Notes: generated by a model from the sequence alone, not told the origin. 63,961 bases of DNA, filler included, from Dimargaris cristalligena (GCA_003614675.1; 4 parts of 4 records of this genome joined end to end with filler, not necessarily neighbours in it); one strand, 5' to 3'; shown: positions 1-12,043, numbered from the whole stretch's first letter. Numbers and translations are program-made.

Positions 1-1150
1 AAGTGTGAATAGAGTCATGCGGCGATCTGCGGCAATATCCCTTTGAAAGCAACCCCTGGACGTCCACCTTTATTTTACTACCGGCCCTACCACCCCCCTC
101 TGTTAAAGTTTTACTGCAAGGCCCTGCTACTAAGTAGCGGTGGCTAATGCTTTCTTTTATTTGACGCCCCCAGGGTGGAGATTTAAAATGCCATATAGGC
201 GCTACTCCTTGCGACCCTGTATAAATAAATTACTAATATTCCAGCTACATATGGTCACAACTGAAATTTTTTTTATAATAATACAATTGTTATTATCTAT
301 TTGTATACCCCCAATAAACTGGTATTTAATACAGTCCGGTACTCGCTTATTCCCTGTAAGTGGGCATAACGACCGGGCTACCCAATTACATCTATTAAAC
401 AGGATTGTCTCTAGTAATCAACACACTCACTGTATGAAATAACCCATACTTTACAAGGTAAGAATACTACTCTTACCTATGCATGTATTCTATTTTATTC
501 GAAATCTTACACAATCTGGTTCGATTAAGCCCATATATATTGCCAGCGTCATGGTTGAACGCTACTACAAAATTGACCACTCGGTACTCCCTCGCCAGTT
601 TATTATATTGTGAAGCAATCATCTTGCTTACCCGCCCACTGTCAGCACCATGTCACCATGTCCTATCTAAATGCCGCGCATTGGCACTGGGAGAATGGAT
701 GATACACTCCGATTATCAAATCACTTCGCTTTTACACTTATGCTGCTTCTAACCATCTCCGTATGCACATACCAAGGCTAGGTGTTTGGACTATTGGCTA
801 TTTCACTTGTACCGGTTCAAAGAAATACTAACCCAGTACGCCATTGTTTTGGACTGCTATGTACCCGGGCATTTCTTACATAGGGAGTATACTACTTATG
901 ATTATTGGGGATCCCAATGCGTTTATAGGTGATAACAGGACGGCAACAAATTAAACCCAATTCCAACGAGTTCAGTAGGCTTAACTTGTAGTTTCCGTAA
1001 TAAAATTGAGGAGACAAAAGGGTGAGAGTATGGCGCTAATTAGATACGATGAACTTATATATATATATAATTTCAGTCGGAAAAATATTGATAAAGATAA
1101 CTAGTGAGATGGCTTGGAAAGAGATGCTCGAACCTTCACAGACATACCCA

Positions 1151-1549
1151 CTAAGCCAACCCGCTGTTATTGTCACCATAGCCGATAAGATAATTAGGCG
1201 CCACAAATTTCACGCAGGTGAACGTGGTGATGATACCTGACCATTCTTCAATCCCGTTATAAACCACGCCGGAGAGGAAGGGTATAGTCATGACAAACTC
1301 GGGATAGATGCCATACTGCATAAACCCCTTTTGCAAGCAGGTAATATCTTGTTGACCAGCGATTGTGTTAAATGCATGGTTTAGTCCGATGATGATTTGG
1401 CCGGTGCGAATATCCGGACCCCCAGTCATCTGGCGCTTAGTCAGAGAATTAGTATTGGTAGATGGTGCGCCCATGCAGCACGCCAGAACAATCAATAGAG
1501 ACAGCAAGATGGCCGTGAGTCGACTATTCCCGAATTGTAGTTTGTCCAT
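1151..1549 (-). CDS. Small secreted protein (132 aa), peptidase inhibitor I9 / subtilisin-propeptide-like
   Basis: Intronless ORF with a hydrophobic signal (LTAILLSLLIVLACCMG) and a Kex2-type SLTKR site. The mature part follows the I9 pattern by eye: GQIIIGL beta strand, PFLSGVVY, C-terminal CVKFVAPNYL resembling V.yVepD. Family call is pattern-based. Confidence 0.65.
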   Translation of the reverse strand: MDKLQFGNSRLTAILLSLLIVLACCMGAPSTNTNSLTKRQMTGGPDIRTGQIIIGLNHAFNTIAGQQDITCLQKGFMQYGIYPEFVMTIPFLSGVVYNGIEEWSGIITTFTCVKFVAPNYLIGYGDNNSGLA

Positions 1550-4100
1550 TTTAATGTACTCGTTGGATATGAGTCTCGGTGGATAGAACAGGTCGTAAAG
1601 AGCTGTTGAACGGAACTGGGCGGTGGGAACCGAATATTGGCGAGTGGGTGCTTTAAGTTGTGGGGGTCAGTTAAGAAGGGAATATCGGGGCTGGAGGTGG
1701 ACTGTACTTGAGTATTGCCGGGAAATGAGGTTTGGAAAATATCAGCCGGGTATCCGGACCTTTAAATAGTCGATGGGTTGGTTGAATTAGCCCTAAACGG
1801 ACTACCAGGTCTAAGCTTTATTTACAAGACCTCCCATTCGTACTTTGGATTGTCGGCTAACGGCTTTTTCTGAAATGATTAAAGAAAAATTTACGGTCCA
1901 CAACCCCCGGGAAGTGTGTTTTGCGAATCCTAGTGGTATGAAAAATTATTCAAATTCATCTGCCAATGGGTGGGGACAGATATTGGCCCACCCGTAGGCA
2001 TGTGCCACCATAACTAGCCATACAAAGCACCACATAAATTTAGTACTGGTGATATGTTCCTTTAGTTCACAATTCACAGTAGTATATTATTTGACTGTAT
2101 CAGCTTTTGGAGACATGCTTGTCCCCATGCGAATGTGAAGGCTGATTCACCCTTTTAATTCATGATCAGGGGGATACTAAAGCACCATGCACACACCAAC
2201 CAATACCATGATGTTTTAAAAAGCCGCCGGGATTATAACCATCCCCTGAAGATTAGCAATGCTGGATTCGTTTAGGTTCTCAATCCAAGGTTAATCTTTC
2301 CAAACCTATAGTGGGTTAACAGGAAATACCGATATAAATTCCCTCGCCATTGTAAGGTAATTTTTCTAAGCATTCCAAATCCACACAATTCTTGTAGGTC
2401 GGAAATAAAAAATCATAATTTGGAGTAACCGTTGAGAAACCGACATACATTTAGTAAGCGATTTACATCAAGCTATAAGGACTGGTCTAAAATTATTTAC
2501 CGAAAAGAGGAATACTACAATTCACTCTCCCTTTACTCAAACATTATAGCTATGAGCGAATAAAGCGCAGCGAAATGGAAACGAGATCCACTTCCGGGGG
2601 GATTTGGTGGATGTATATCTTATGAATGTAAATTTTCGAATAAAGTCCAGTATGGTCGAGTTTGCTACCATTCGAGACTCTCGAACGAGGGTGGTATATG
2701 GGTTATACTGGGCCATCATTCCTTTTTTGACTGGTCATGGGATAAAAAATAGACATCAGTTACAGAAAAATGTCTCATCTACTCCATGCGACACGTTCCA
2801 TGGGGCACGATTTAGCACCAGATTTTTGCGCCCCCTGTAATTTACAATGGTAGACCAGTTATATTCTTTAACATGGGGGGAAGGTATCCAGATTAGTAAA
2901 AGTGTGCCAACTGATGAGAATGACCATTGTTTCATATTATAAATTATCTGACGCCGAGGTTCCCAGCGAATTTCGTTCCTCTACGGACCCGAAAAGGCAA
3001 CAATAGGTTAGCTCTTCCTTAAAATGAAAGAGCTGGCTTCAAACACACTTGGTCTTGTGTTTATCAATCTGCCTGCCGCTACTCCATACTTGGAATGGTA
3101 TGGGCATATGCCTTACTATTATAGAAATCTTCGTGACGCCCTTATCAATTGCCGAGACCATAGTTCTACCCATGCCACCTAACCATAAATGCAACAATGC
3201 AGGACTTCGACGACATTGGCCCATGTGAAATAGTAATCTATATCTGGAATAATTCGGGCTTGCTTAGGCTGCCACCTACTGTAATCGGATTATATGGCCG
3301 TTTTTTTTTTGGGGGGGGGGTTTGGAAAATGTGCCATAACCTTCGCCCATGACCTTTTGAGAGGTTTGTCATGGGTGTGTTCTTTCTCCAAATTAGAGAG
3401 ATATCCTCCCCCAGGCGCCTGAGTTCTAGCGGGCTCTATTCTGGACATAGCCTACTGAATGGACGTGGTGAAGCGTGGGTCGTGTATTGGATGGGAAAGG
3501 TATCACATTGCAGCACCCTTCCCTATGCCGCGATGAACTTACCTCTATGGAGTGCTGGGGATGAAAATGATGATGGTCCGCTGCTGGAAGGTGCGAATAT
3601 CGACAGGTTGATGGAATTGCTTTGCATGACCATACTGCCAGTACTATTGTCGCCCCGTGGGTTTGCGGTATATTCACATTTAGCAATTTAGAAGCCCCAC
3701 AAAGCACTCCAACAGTTGGGAATAGAGCTTTGGGGACATACAAATGCCATTAGAACGTGAACTATTCGTACTTCCTGGTACAGTATACACTATGAACCCC
3801 GCCATGATACTTCAACATGTGCACCGTTTACTTTGAATATTAGTGTTAAAAATCTACCTCAGTGTTACTGATTCACTTTCTCATTTAAGCCTCGTGAATA
3901 TTCTAGGTTTTTAGAGCGACTCGCTGTTAGCAATTTATGTTAATATAATCGAAATAGAGATCGCAGTGTACGATTCAATTCTGGCTGACGTGAAGGTTGA
4001 ATTTGCGGGTTTTTGGTAAGTAAAGAGCTGCTGCTGTCCATTGATTTTAAGAGCCATAAACTCGAGGTTGGCGAATGCTGCCATGACCACTCAACACTAC

Positions 4101-4244
4101 ATATGGCAGAAGTTCATCCAGGCTGTATAACGAATAATCCATTTGATAAGGTAAATATTACTGGTCAAAAGTTTTTCTCCCACATATTATCCCATACATA
4201 TATTGTGTAAAATCTTATATAGTTGGGTTGAAGTTCACCCATAT
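4101..4244. mobile_element. MITE-like dispersed repeat, copy 1 (144 bp)
   Basis: Near-identical to 12692-12834 and similar to the reverse complement of 32444-32587. Ends are imperfect inverted repeats (ATATGGCAGAAGTTCA... / ...TGAAGTTCACCCATAT). Confidence 0.7.
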
Positions 4245-5006
4245 GGATCGGCGTGTCAAAAATGTTGAATTGAGAGGGAAATATAGCTTTTCTAATAGGA
4301 CCCTAACTTAGCTAACCCAACACCCAAAACCTAAACAGCGCGTCTGTTTTTCTATGGTGTAAGCCTTACGACTGCTATCGAAATGGGTCACCACTATAAC
4401 GCGAACCAGTCGACTCCCCATCCCCGGCATTTCATTTTTCCAATAAATACCCTTGTTGTATAGCATTCTCACTGTATCCCTACCCCCTTGACCCTACATG
4501 CCGACGGTGGATACCACATTCCCCAAACCCTTCGAGATTCTCTGTTGCTATTCGTAGTATACGTTAAATTATCAATTCACCATCGACCTCATACTTAAGG
4601 AAGGCCCATTAGAGAGGCCTTCAATATATTTTCGCTTGCTTGGAGGCCATTTTAAATAAAAGAAGGTGCTGTTGAGCATAACCGAAGGCATTTCCTGGGT
4701 GCACAGTAACATCAGTGAAGGTGACAACCAGGTGCATGGAAAGGTAAGTGTAGGGCATGCCATTGTTACTGCAATGGCTATGCCAAAACATGAATCAAGG
4801 AAACTTTCCCAGATATATCGACGGAATACGTGGATATTTTCCCACTATTCGGTGCCCTACAATCCCTCTTATAACCAAACCCACCCACCCCCCAAGAAAC
4901 GTATACGCACGGCTAATTCCCTACCCGACTTCTGCATTCTACCCTACTCTCTCACTGCACTTGTATTACTAACCACTCCGGTAATTCCCCCAGGACCAAC
5001 TCCACC

Positions 5007-6575
5007 ATGAGGCATCTGTCGCACCAGTCGGGCAAAACCTTGGCTTCCGACTCTCCCCAGGGCTCTACATTGGTGGCCTTGGCCGAGGCCCTACAGCGAC
5101 TTGACCAGTTGCAGACCAACCTCGATTCGCAATTAAAGGAGCAAAAGGCCCAGAGGACCAGAAACGTGACGCTACTAAGCCGGATAAGTGCCCTAGAGCG
5201 CTCCCATGCCAACCCGTCCGTCACGGCCAAACCGCCCTCCCCGAAACTTACTGTTTCGCCAGGTTACCGCCTTCTCCAGGGAATATTTCACCCGGACCAG
5301 TACAGGGTAGCATGTACCCTTATCGGCTTTCTGTCCAACCGAGACCAGCTTAATTTAGCGGCAGCTGCCAGTCGGTCACTGCGCCCCCTGGTCGAATCCA
5401 CGTACCGCTTCGATATCTCCTACGAGCATACCCAGCCGACTAAGCATCCGGGGTTAAACCGGGTGGCTTCTAGCGGTAGCAAACCGGTTCGGAGCATACG
5501 GTTGGATTGGGGCCAATCCGGTTTCCAGACACGTCTTAAAGATGAAAGGCGTTGCTTCACCGACCGCTGGATGTTCGACCTGGATTCGGTATCCATCCGA
5601 ATGGACACCTTGGTAGACTGGCCACAGATAGCGGCCTTTATAGCTGCGCTGCCGTCACCTCCCCGGAAAATGTCCGTGAATTGCTCCCCCGACTCGAACT
5701 CCGAAGAATACATGTCGGTCTATCGCCAAGGCGATTTTTCCGATGATGTCCGGCGTGTTTTGTGCCGAGTACGCTCTCTGAGCCTCAAGGTCTGGTATAA
5801 ATCGAGACTCACCAAGGGGTTATGGCAAATTCTCGACCTGTTTACTGGTATTCAACGGCTAACCCTGGCCTACGGGGAAATCGGCCATACGTTTAGCAGG
5901 GAATTAGTGAGTCGGCTTTCCCACTTGACCTACCTGAAGCTCGTGCCCTCTAATTGGAATCTCCAGATTCTTCTTAACCCGGAAAACCCGTGCTTCCGCC
6001 GCCTAGTAACCCTGTCCTTGAATTGTACGAACGATCCACAATTCTGTCGCTCCGTGGCGACTATGAACCCCGACCATTACCCTCACCTAGTGCATTTGGA
6101 ACTGAAAAGTAGTCTAATCAACCCGAATGAAAGCAATTGGCCGGCAGAGCACCTTACCACGTTTTTGTCCAAGACCTGGTCATGCATTAAAACGCTCGCC
6201 CTTTATGAATGGCAATTTAGCGATACGACAGGGGCCCTGATTGTACACAGTTTCCCAAGGCTGCGCCGGATAGCCATTCATGGGTGTACCCTTATGGCCG
6301 CCAACTGTGCAACGATAATAACCCGCAGGCCTTCCCTTGCTGAGGCCGATTTGAATTTTTATGACCCGACTGCACTTAAGAAGTTCACCCGATTTAACCT
6401 TACTAGTAGCACTGTTATATATTTTCGACTAAGGGGGAAGACCGACTGGCCGATCGTTAAAGCCATTGCCTCGGGTCTGCCCAATCTCCGGTTTTTCTTC
6501 TCATCCTGCGAACCAGACGCCGTGAGGTCTAACCTTCGCCAGCATTTCCCCCAAATCCAATACTTTTGTAAATAG
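5007..6575 (+). CDS. F-box / leucine-rich-repeat (RNI-like) protein with N-terminal coiled coil
   Basis: 522-aa intronless ORF. Heptad-rich N-terminus (LAEALQRLDQLQTNLDSQLKEQK), F-box-like IGFLSNRDQLNLAAAASRSLRPLV, and repeated LxxLxL units (LSHLTYLKL, FRRLVTLSL, YPHLVHLEL, FPRLRRIAI, LPNLRFF). Confidence 0.75.
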   Translation: MRHLSHQSGKTLASDSPQGSTLVALAEALQRLDQLQTNLDSQLKEQKAQRTRNVTLLSRISALERSHANPSVTAKPPSPKLTVSPGYRLLQGIFHPDQYRVACTLIGFLSNRDQLNLAAAASRSLRPLVESTYRFDISYEHTQPTKHPGLNRVASSGSKPVRSIRLDWGQSGFQTRLKDERRCFTDRWMFDLDSVSIRMDTLVDWPQIAAFIAALPSPPRKMSVNCSPDSNSEEYMSVYRQGDFSDDVRRVLCRVRSLSLKVWYKSRLTKGLWQILDLFTGIQRLTLAYGEIGHTFSRELVSRLSHLTYLKLVPSNWNLQILLNPENPCFRRLVTLSLNCTNDPQFCRSVATMNPDHYPHLVHLELKSSLINPNESNWPAEHLTTFLSKTWSCIKTLALYEWQFSDTTGALIVHSFPRLRRIAIHGCTLMAANCATIITRRPSLAEADLNFYDPTALKKFTRFNLTSSTVIYFRLRGKTDWPIVKAIASGLPNLRFFFSSCEPDAVRSNLRQHFPQIQYFCK

Positions 6576-8395
6576 CCATGTTTTGTATTTGGCAATACCA
6601 ATTGCAACTTTCCTTGTATTTTGGTGTCAAGACACTAGGTATGGCTATGACCCCGGCTGGATCGTTTTCTTTGTTCCCATGTAAAGTCGTATGTATTAAA
6701 TCACGGCACCAGCCCTACGCGAATATAAATATATATATATATATATTTATTTAACCCGTTCGAACTACTGCATTGCCTGTTACTCTCCCCGACCTTGTTG
6801 GTGTCTATAACAACCGTGACACCGCTATATTTTGTGGACTGTGTAGAAGCCCTAAAGGAACCGGTATAGACTGGCTATCGATTCAAGCCTTTATTAATAT
6901 TGGATCGGTTCCACTGACTAGTATGATTGACCAGATTACGGGATCGGGTTGTGTGAGGCGCCGATTGATGTGGACGGGCCGGTTGTTAGCGGCCATTAGG
7001 GTAGCTGGACAATTCGCGGGCTAGGAAAAATAGGATACGAAAGAAGATAAATCAATCACTGTTCTACCACCCAACAGTATATTGGAATACCATTAGAGAT
7101 GCTATAAACGGTCGGGGGCTTATATCCATGGTACTTGCCTAGGGTCCACAACACTTGGCCAGCCGTGCTTTGTATGAATCAACTGTACCGACTACGGTTA
7201 TTCTTTGAAGCAATCACGTAACCTGGATTTCACAGAGTCCACGTTTGAGAATACTTCCCTAGCTCAAAGGCTACTATCATATTTGGAGGATTACTAAGAC
7301 GATAAACAGACACTCACAAGATAGTAATGTGCCATGTATGAGTGAACCCCGTCGCCCCCAAACGCCTATATTTTATGATTTTATCGCTATCACTGCGAGC
7401 AACCTGTCCCTGCGGCCATACCTTGTTTTCTTTTGGCTGGTCGAGAGAATATTAGGGAATGGGGTGTATGTATTTACTGATACGGGAACGACTAAAATAG
7501 GAGCCTATCCGTGCTAAGAGACGCGTAATTTACTATAGTAACATTGACCAATCCATTAGCATCGATTTGAAAACTGAGGAAGGATCTCCTAATACGTATT
7601 TTTTGTGGAATTATAGCCGGCAGCTACGCCCTCATCGGTTTTAAATGTTCGACATCCCCATTTCCGCTAACCATCACACTAAGTTATATTTCCATAGGAT
7701 GAAAACACCCATAGCGTGGCTTGTAAACGGTTTATAAGACCGTCTTCGTCGAACACTAAAGAGGAGTTTGAATCAAATTATCGGGACGCCCGTATATTAA
7801 TATTATACAGGGGAGGTTCAAAAGTAGATAGGGAAACCTTAGTAATCGAATGTTCACACTAACCAATTGGAACAAAACCATGGGGTTATTTAATTTAATG
7901 AACCGACTCATTATTTGGCGAATAAGATGTGCACAGTGAAGGGATGGTCTACGTCGTCGTTGCCGGCGCCATACTCTACTTGACTAAAAAGCTGGTTAAA
8001 AGAGGTTCAGTTAGGCCAAATTAAGGCGCCGAGAGCCATAGTGCCAGCAATTGACCATCGCCAAGGACATTGTAGTTAACTGCAGTCCTAAATAACAACA
8101 AAAGCGCACTCTTGGGGGTTCAGCCTGTAATAGCACAAAGCGGCTTCACGCCACTCACTTTGTGAATTAGGGCTATTACTCCACTCCGTCTCCCTAACCG
8201 CATAAAGATATGGTCGGGAAGCCATTAAAGGCGTGGTCGTCCGTAGGACTTGTACATTCAGTTTATTTTATATCGTTGCCGCTGCCTAAACACTGTGGCA
8301 TTCCAACATTCCCAATAATATAAACAGCTGGTAGATTAAGTACGATGCAAACATGGCTTGATAGCTGCAAATAACCGTTGGTAAAAAAACTATGG

Positions 8396-9665
8396 TCAAT
8401 TGTCGATTTCGGGGCTAGATGCCTTCAGGGTATTCTGCCGTTGCAGGCCTTCCATCCTTTTGCGTATCCTTCGTTCTTCTTTCGTTTCCGGCTGATCTTT
8501 AGTCACTGGCCGGGAAAAAGCCTCCGGTGCCATATCACAGTAAAGGCCATCGCCGGCGACTAGAGGGAGCGCTAGTGGTGGTGGGAAAAGCCGATTTTCA
8601 AGTACGCATTCGAAATTATCCATATCAACCTGGTTCTCCAGGAATTTGGCGTTGCTAAGATGAAGCAAAATACGGAGGTACTCCTGGCTGACGAGGGGGT
8701 ACAATAAAAGACCGCTTTGGTCATAAGGAGAAGAGCCGGTCGCCGATAGCTCTGGAGTAGCCACGGTGGCGATGGGTGCGTCAATCTTAAGCGAACTCCG
8801 AACGGCTATCATATACCGTTTATCAGATACTTTGAGGCCCGAGTTGCGAAACCCGCAGTCGATGGCTAGGTCAAGAAGTCGTTTCGCGGCCTGGAGCGTG
8901 CGGGCTTGGATATGGATAATCTTTCCGGCGTAATTCGGGAATTGGGCAATAGGGGCAATGTATTCACATAATAATAAATAAGACGAATTTATACCATTTA
9001 GATCACAGGGCTGCAGCACCACTCAACCATTGACACGGAGATGGGCTATCTAATAGGACACCATTAAGGTGGTTTAGGCCAGTGTAGGTCGATACAATGG
9101 ATATTCTCGACGGTGCCTTGGCAGGCCGAGACGCTAGAAACCGAATAGCGGAGGATAAATCTTCTCCCAGGAACGCCTATGTTATATAATAAATATGCAA
9201 AGTAACTGGACTTACCAGAGGCTCAAACTTAAATGTCGCCAGCCGGTCCATTGAGTGGGGCGGGGGCGAGGCATTGTTAGCCGTCACGGAAGCATCGTCT
9301 AAGTGGCCACCGAAAATGTAGTTGGCTACGTCCAACTCAGGCGTGTCCAGCGTTGCCGGGCTGTGACTAACCATTAACCATTGCCCTTCTTTCCGGGGAC
9401 CCATAGTTTCCATAGAGTTGGTGGCTACTTGTGGCGCCGCAGGGGTAGGCTCGGTTGGTTTAAGCAAGGGCCCGTCGGCATAGACGGCCACACGGCCCGA
9501 GCAAGACGATGTCGTGACATAATCGGGGTGCCGATTAAGTAGCTTCAGAAGGGGAATAATGGGAGTGTCGACATCCCCTTTGGGTGATTTGTCTGGAAGA
9601 ACCGTGGCAAGTTCGGCCAAAATGCCGGTCTTGCGCGCGATGAAATCCTTTTCGGGGCGTTCCAT
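8396..9665 (-). CDS. TYW3: tRNA wybutosine-synthesizing protein 3 (tRNA-yW methyltransferase)
   Basis: Two exons, 9665-9216 and 8920-8396 (GTAAGT...AAG, phase 0). Motifs DKSPKGDVD, YVTTSSCSGR, FKFEPL|IIHIQAR, GFRNSG, AVRSSLKIDAP. Confidence 0.93.
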
Positions 9666-10855
9666 TTGCTCGACGACGGAAACTCGTTTGTACAAAAGAA
9701 ACCGAGGAAAGGTGAATGTTTGAAAAAAAACGCGTTATATCAAACCAGGCTAGGCTAATTGGCCCAAATGAATATTGGGAAAGACCTTATTGGTGTAAAT
9801 CTCGGTACTTGACATTGTGGGGTTCGACCCCATTTTTGGTGGATAGGATGGTATAAATTTATCCTTTATTTTGCCCCCACGCGGGAAGGGTTCGGACTCC
9901 CTTACTGCCCCTGGTTGGGTTAGTGAAAAGCGGATTTCTTAGCGCTTACTCCACTTGAGTGTCCTGGGCCGTTTAAAGGCTTCGGATAATACACCTTGAG
10001 TAGTTTAACAGCATGGCGGTTAAAACTACGGCTCAAGGAAACCAATGGACTATTCGTTAGCCAAACTGCCCACCGCTGTCCAGCTATAAGGTCCCGGGAT
10101 AGGGTAAACGGCCCTAAAAGCCGAGGCGTTCTTTCTGTGTTGGGCGGTGCCCTTTATCCTCAACATAGGGACAACCAACCGCACAAATCTACTGCACCTA
10201 CCGTCTCTCGTAGTGCCCAAGGAGGGGTGATATGGGAAAGATTCGGCCCTTCTGCGTACTAAAAAAATGCGATTGGCGATGCCCAGTATCACTGGCTAAA
10301 CCCCAACATCCCGCCCGGTTGAGTATACACGTATTTTGAAATCATACTCAGTTAAGCTGAGTTTCACCCGTGTACACTAACTAGGCGCGGCCCCTTCCTT
10401 TGAGGAAAGCGCACCCAAAGTAATACCAAGTGATTCAATGAATCCCAGGCTGACTTAGTCTAACGAATCAAGTCTGGTGGAAGCATAAAGCCGGCTTATG
10501 CCGTTGATCTTTACACAGCCCATTGCAAGGGGGGGACAGTGCTGTAGGTGAAGTTGCTTTCGATCATCTGGTCCCTTTGTGACCCCCCCCACCAACGGGT
10601 TACAGCAAGGTCACCGACCCACGAGGAATTAAAAGGCAGCCCACACTATCCATTATTTTTTGGAACTCAACTTCAATATAAAGGTTAGTGAACCCGCACG
10701 AAATTTAATTGAAAATCTTACTTATCTTTGGCACTATTTTTTTGGGGGGGAGCCATTGTCCTATTAACCGGAACACATTAGTCTCCTCACTTCGGATTTT
10801 GGACCTCCAACATTTTCACCTGCAATTGACGCGCCCCAAACACTCCTCTCCTGTG

Positions 10856-12043
10856 ATGCAAACCCGCCGCTGTAGACTACTGCTGTTGGCCATTTTGGTC
10901 GCAGTTGGCGGAACCATTTCGCAAACGGACGCACGCCCTGCGGCCCAGACCAAGCCGACATTGACTACGCCTTCACTCCCTAGTGCAACTAACTCGCAGC
11001 GTATAACCCGTCGGTCAGGGACTGTCACGACCATATTAGACCGCCTAATCGGATTTAACTGGGCCAAGTACCTTCACTATAGGTATACAGCCCACTTTAT
11101 GGATGCCAACATTGACTACAGTCACCGCACCTCGTTTGAAAAAGCCTTCAGTATGAAAGACGATAAGTATATGGCAATGTGCCGTCGTGTCGGATCGACT
11201 GAACCTGCTCAAAATTACGGAGGGACAGCATGGTACAATGTATATATCTATTTACTCCACCGGTCTCCATCTCTTAGGCGCAACGAAGTAGTGCCTTTGA
11301 ATGGCTCCCCGCCTTCCTTTAACTGTAAATTGGCGAAGGACCTTGGCAAGGAGAATGTAGCCAAGAAACCTCCAGCTTCGACCAACTTGGTCCCAGTATC
11401 CCTTAATTCCCCTGCAAGTGAGGTTGCTGACCAGGGGACGTTCCACGCCAATCCAGCTGCCCCTTTCGAACCCACTGTCCCGGACATTGTCATCACCGAC
11501 GTGGATGATCACCCCTCCGACCTGGGCACTACTAGCCCCATTTACTCGGCGCAAGCGGTACCCCAAGAATTACCCAACAACAGCTTTAACGAGTCTGATG
11601 GCGAAGCCGCCCCACCTAACCCCTCTCAAGATACCCCGTTGCCCCCCGCGGTGGCGGAGGTTGAATCGGAACAGCGATTGCCTCCTACAAAGCCCCCACG
11701 TCGTAACTACCTTAATAAAAAAAACCCCGTACCTGTGGACGTCAATTCGCCTCCGGGGCCAATCCAAGCCAACCAAGAAGGGCCAACGCCTAGGAAGGAA
11801 AATGGTTCTACATCCGCGGACTTCGGAACTACATCCTCTAACCAGTCTACGTACGTGGACCAAAAGAACGACGGTAAGTCTAGCGCGTGGCCAGATAAGA
11901 ACGATACTGACTGGAGTGAGGACGACTCCCAGCTTACCGATGACGAATTTTGGGAGGACGTTACTTCGCAATTCCCTGCTCCTCCCAGTGTCGGCCGGCC
12001 CCACCGGGCTCAATTTCAGCCCCAACTGGCCGTTCCGATTTAA
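10856..12043 (+). CDS. Secreted protein (395 aa) with a small N-terminal domain and a disordered Pro/acidic tail bearing short linear motifs; candidate effector
   Basis: ATG at 10856 gives the signal peptide MQTRRCRLLLLAILVAVGGTISQTDA, followed by a dibasic RITRR site. TATAAA lies at ~10677. The tail contains PDIVIT, RLPPTKPPRR, DDEFWED, FPAPP and a terminal LAVPI. Confidence 0.8.
   Translation: MQTRRCRLLLLAILVAVGGTISQTDARPAAQTKPTLTTPSLPSATNSQRITRRSGTVTTILDRLIGFNWAKYLHYRYTAHFMDANIDYSHRTSFEKAFSMKDDKYMAMCRRVGSTEPAQNYGGTAWYNVYIYLLHRSPSLRRNEVVPLNGSPPSFNCKLAKDLGKENVAKKPPASTNLVPVSLNSPASEVADQGTFHANPAAPFEPTVPDIVITDVDDHPSDLGTTSPIYSAQAVPQELPNNSFNESDGEAAPPNPSQDTPLPPAVAEVESEQRLPPTKPPRRNYLNKKNPVPVDVNSPPGPIQANQEGPTPRKENGSTSADFGTTSSNQSTYVDQKNDGKSSAWPDKNDTDWSEDDSQLTDDEFWEDVTSQFPAPPSVGRPHRAQFQPQLAVPI

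Noticed and set aside
3290..3743. Possible small spliced minus-strand gene (GTAAGT donor near 3542)
   Set aside because: No recognisable protein features and an ambiguous frame across homopolymer runs.
9815..9835. GGGGTTCGACCCC, resembling a tRNA T-arm or B-box
   Set aside because: No acceptor stem, D-arm or anticodon arm could be built around it.
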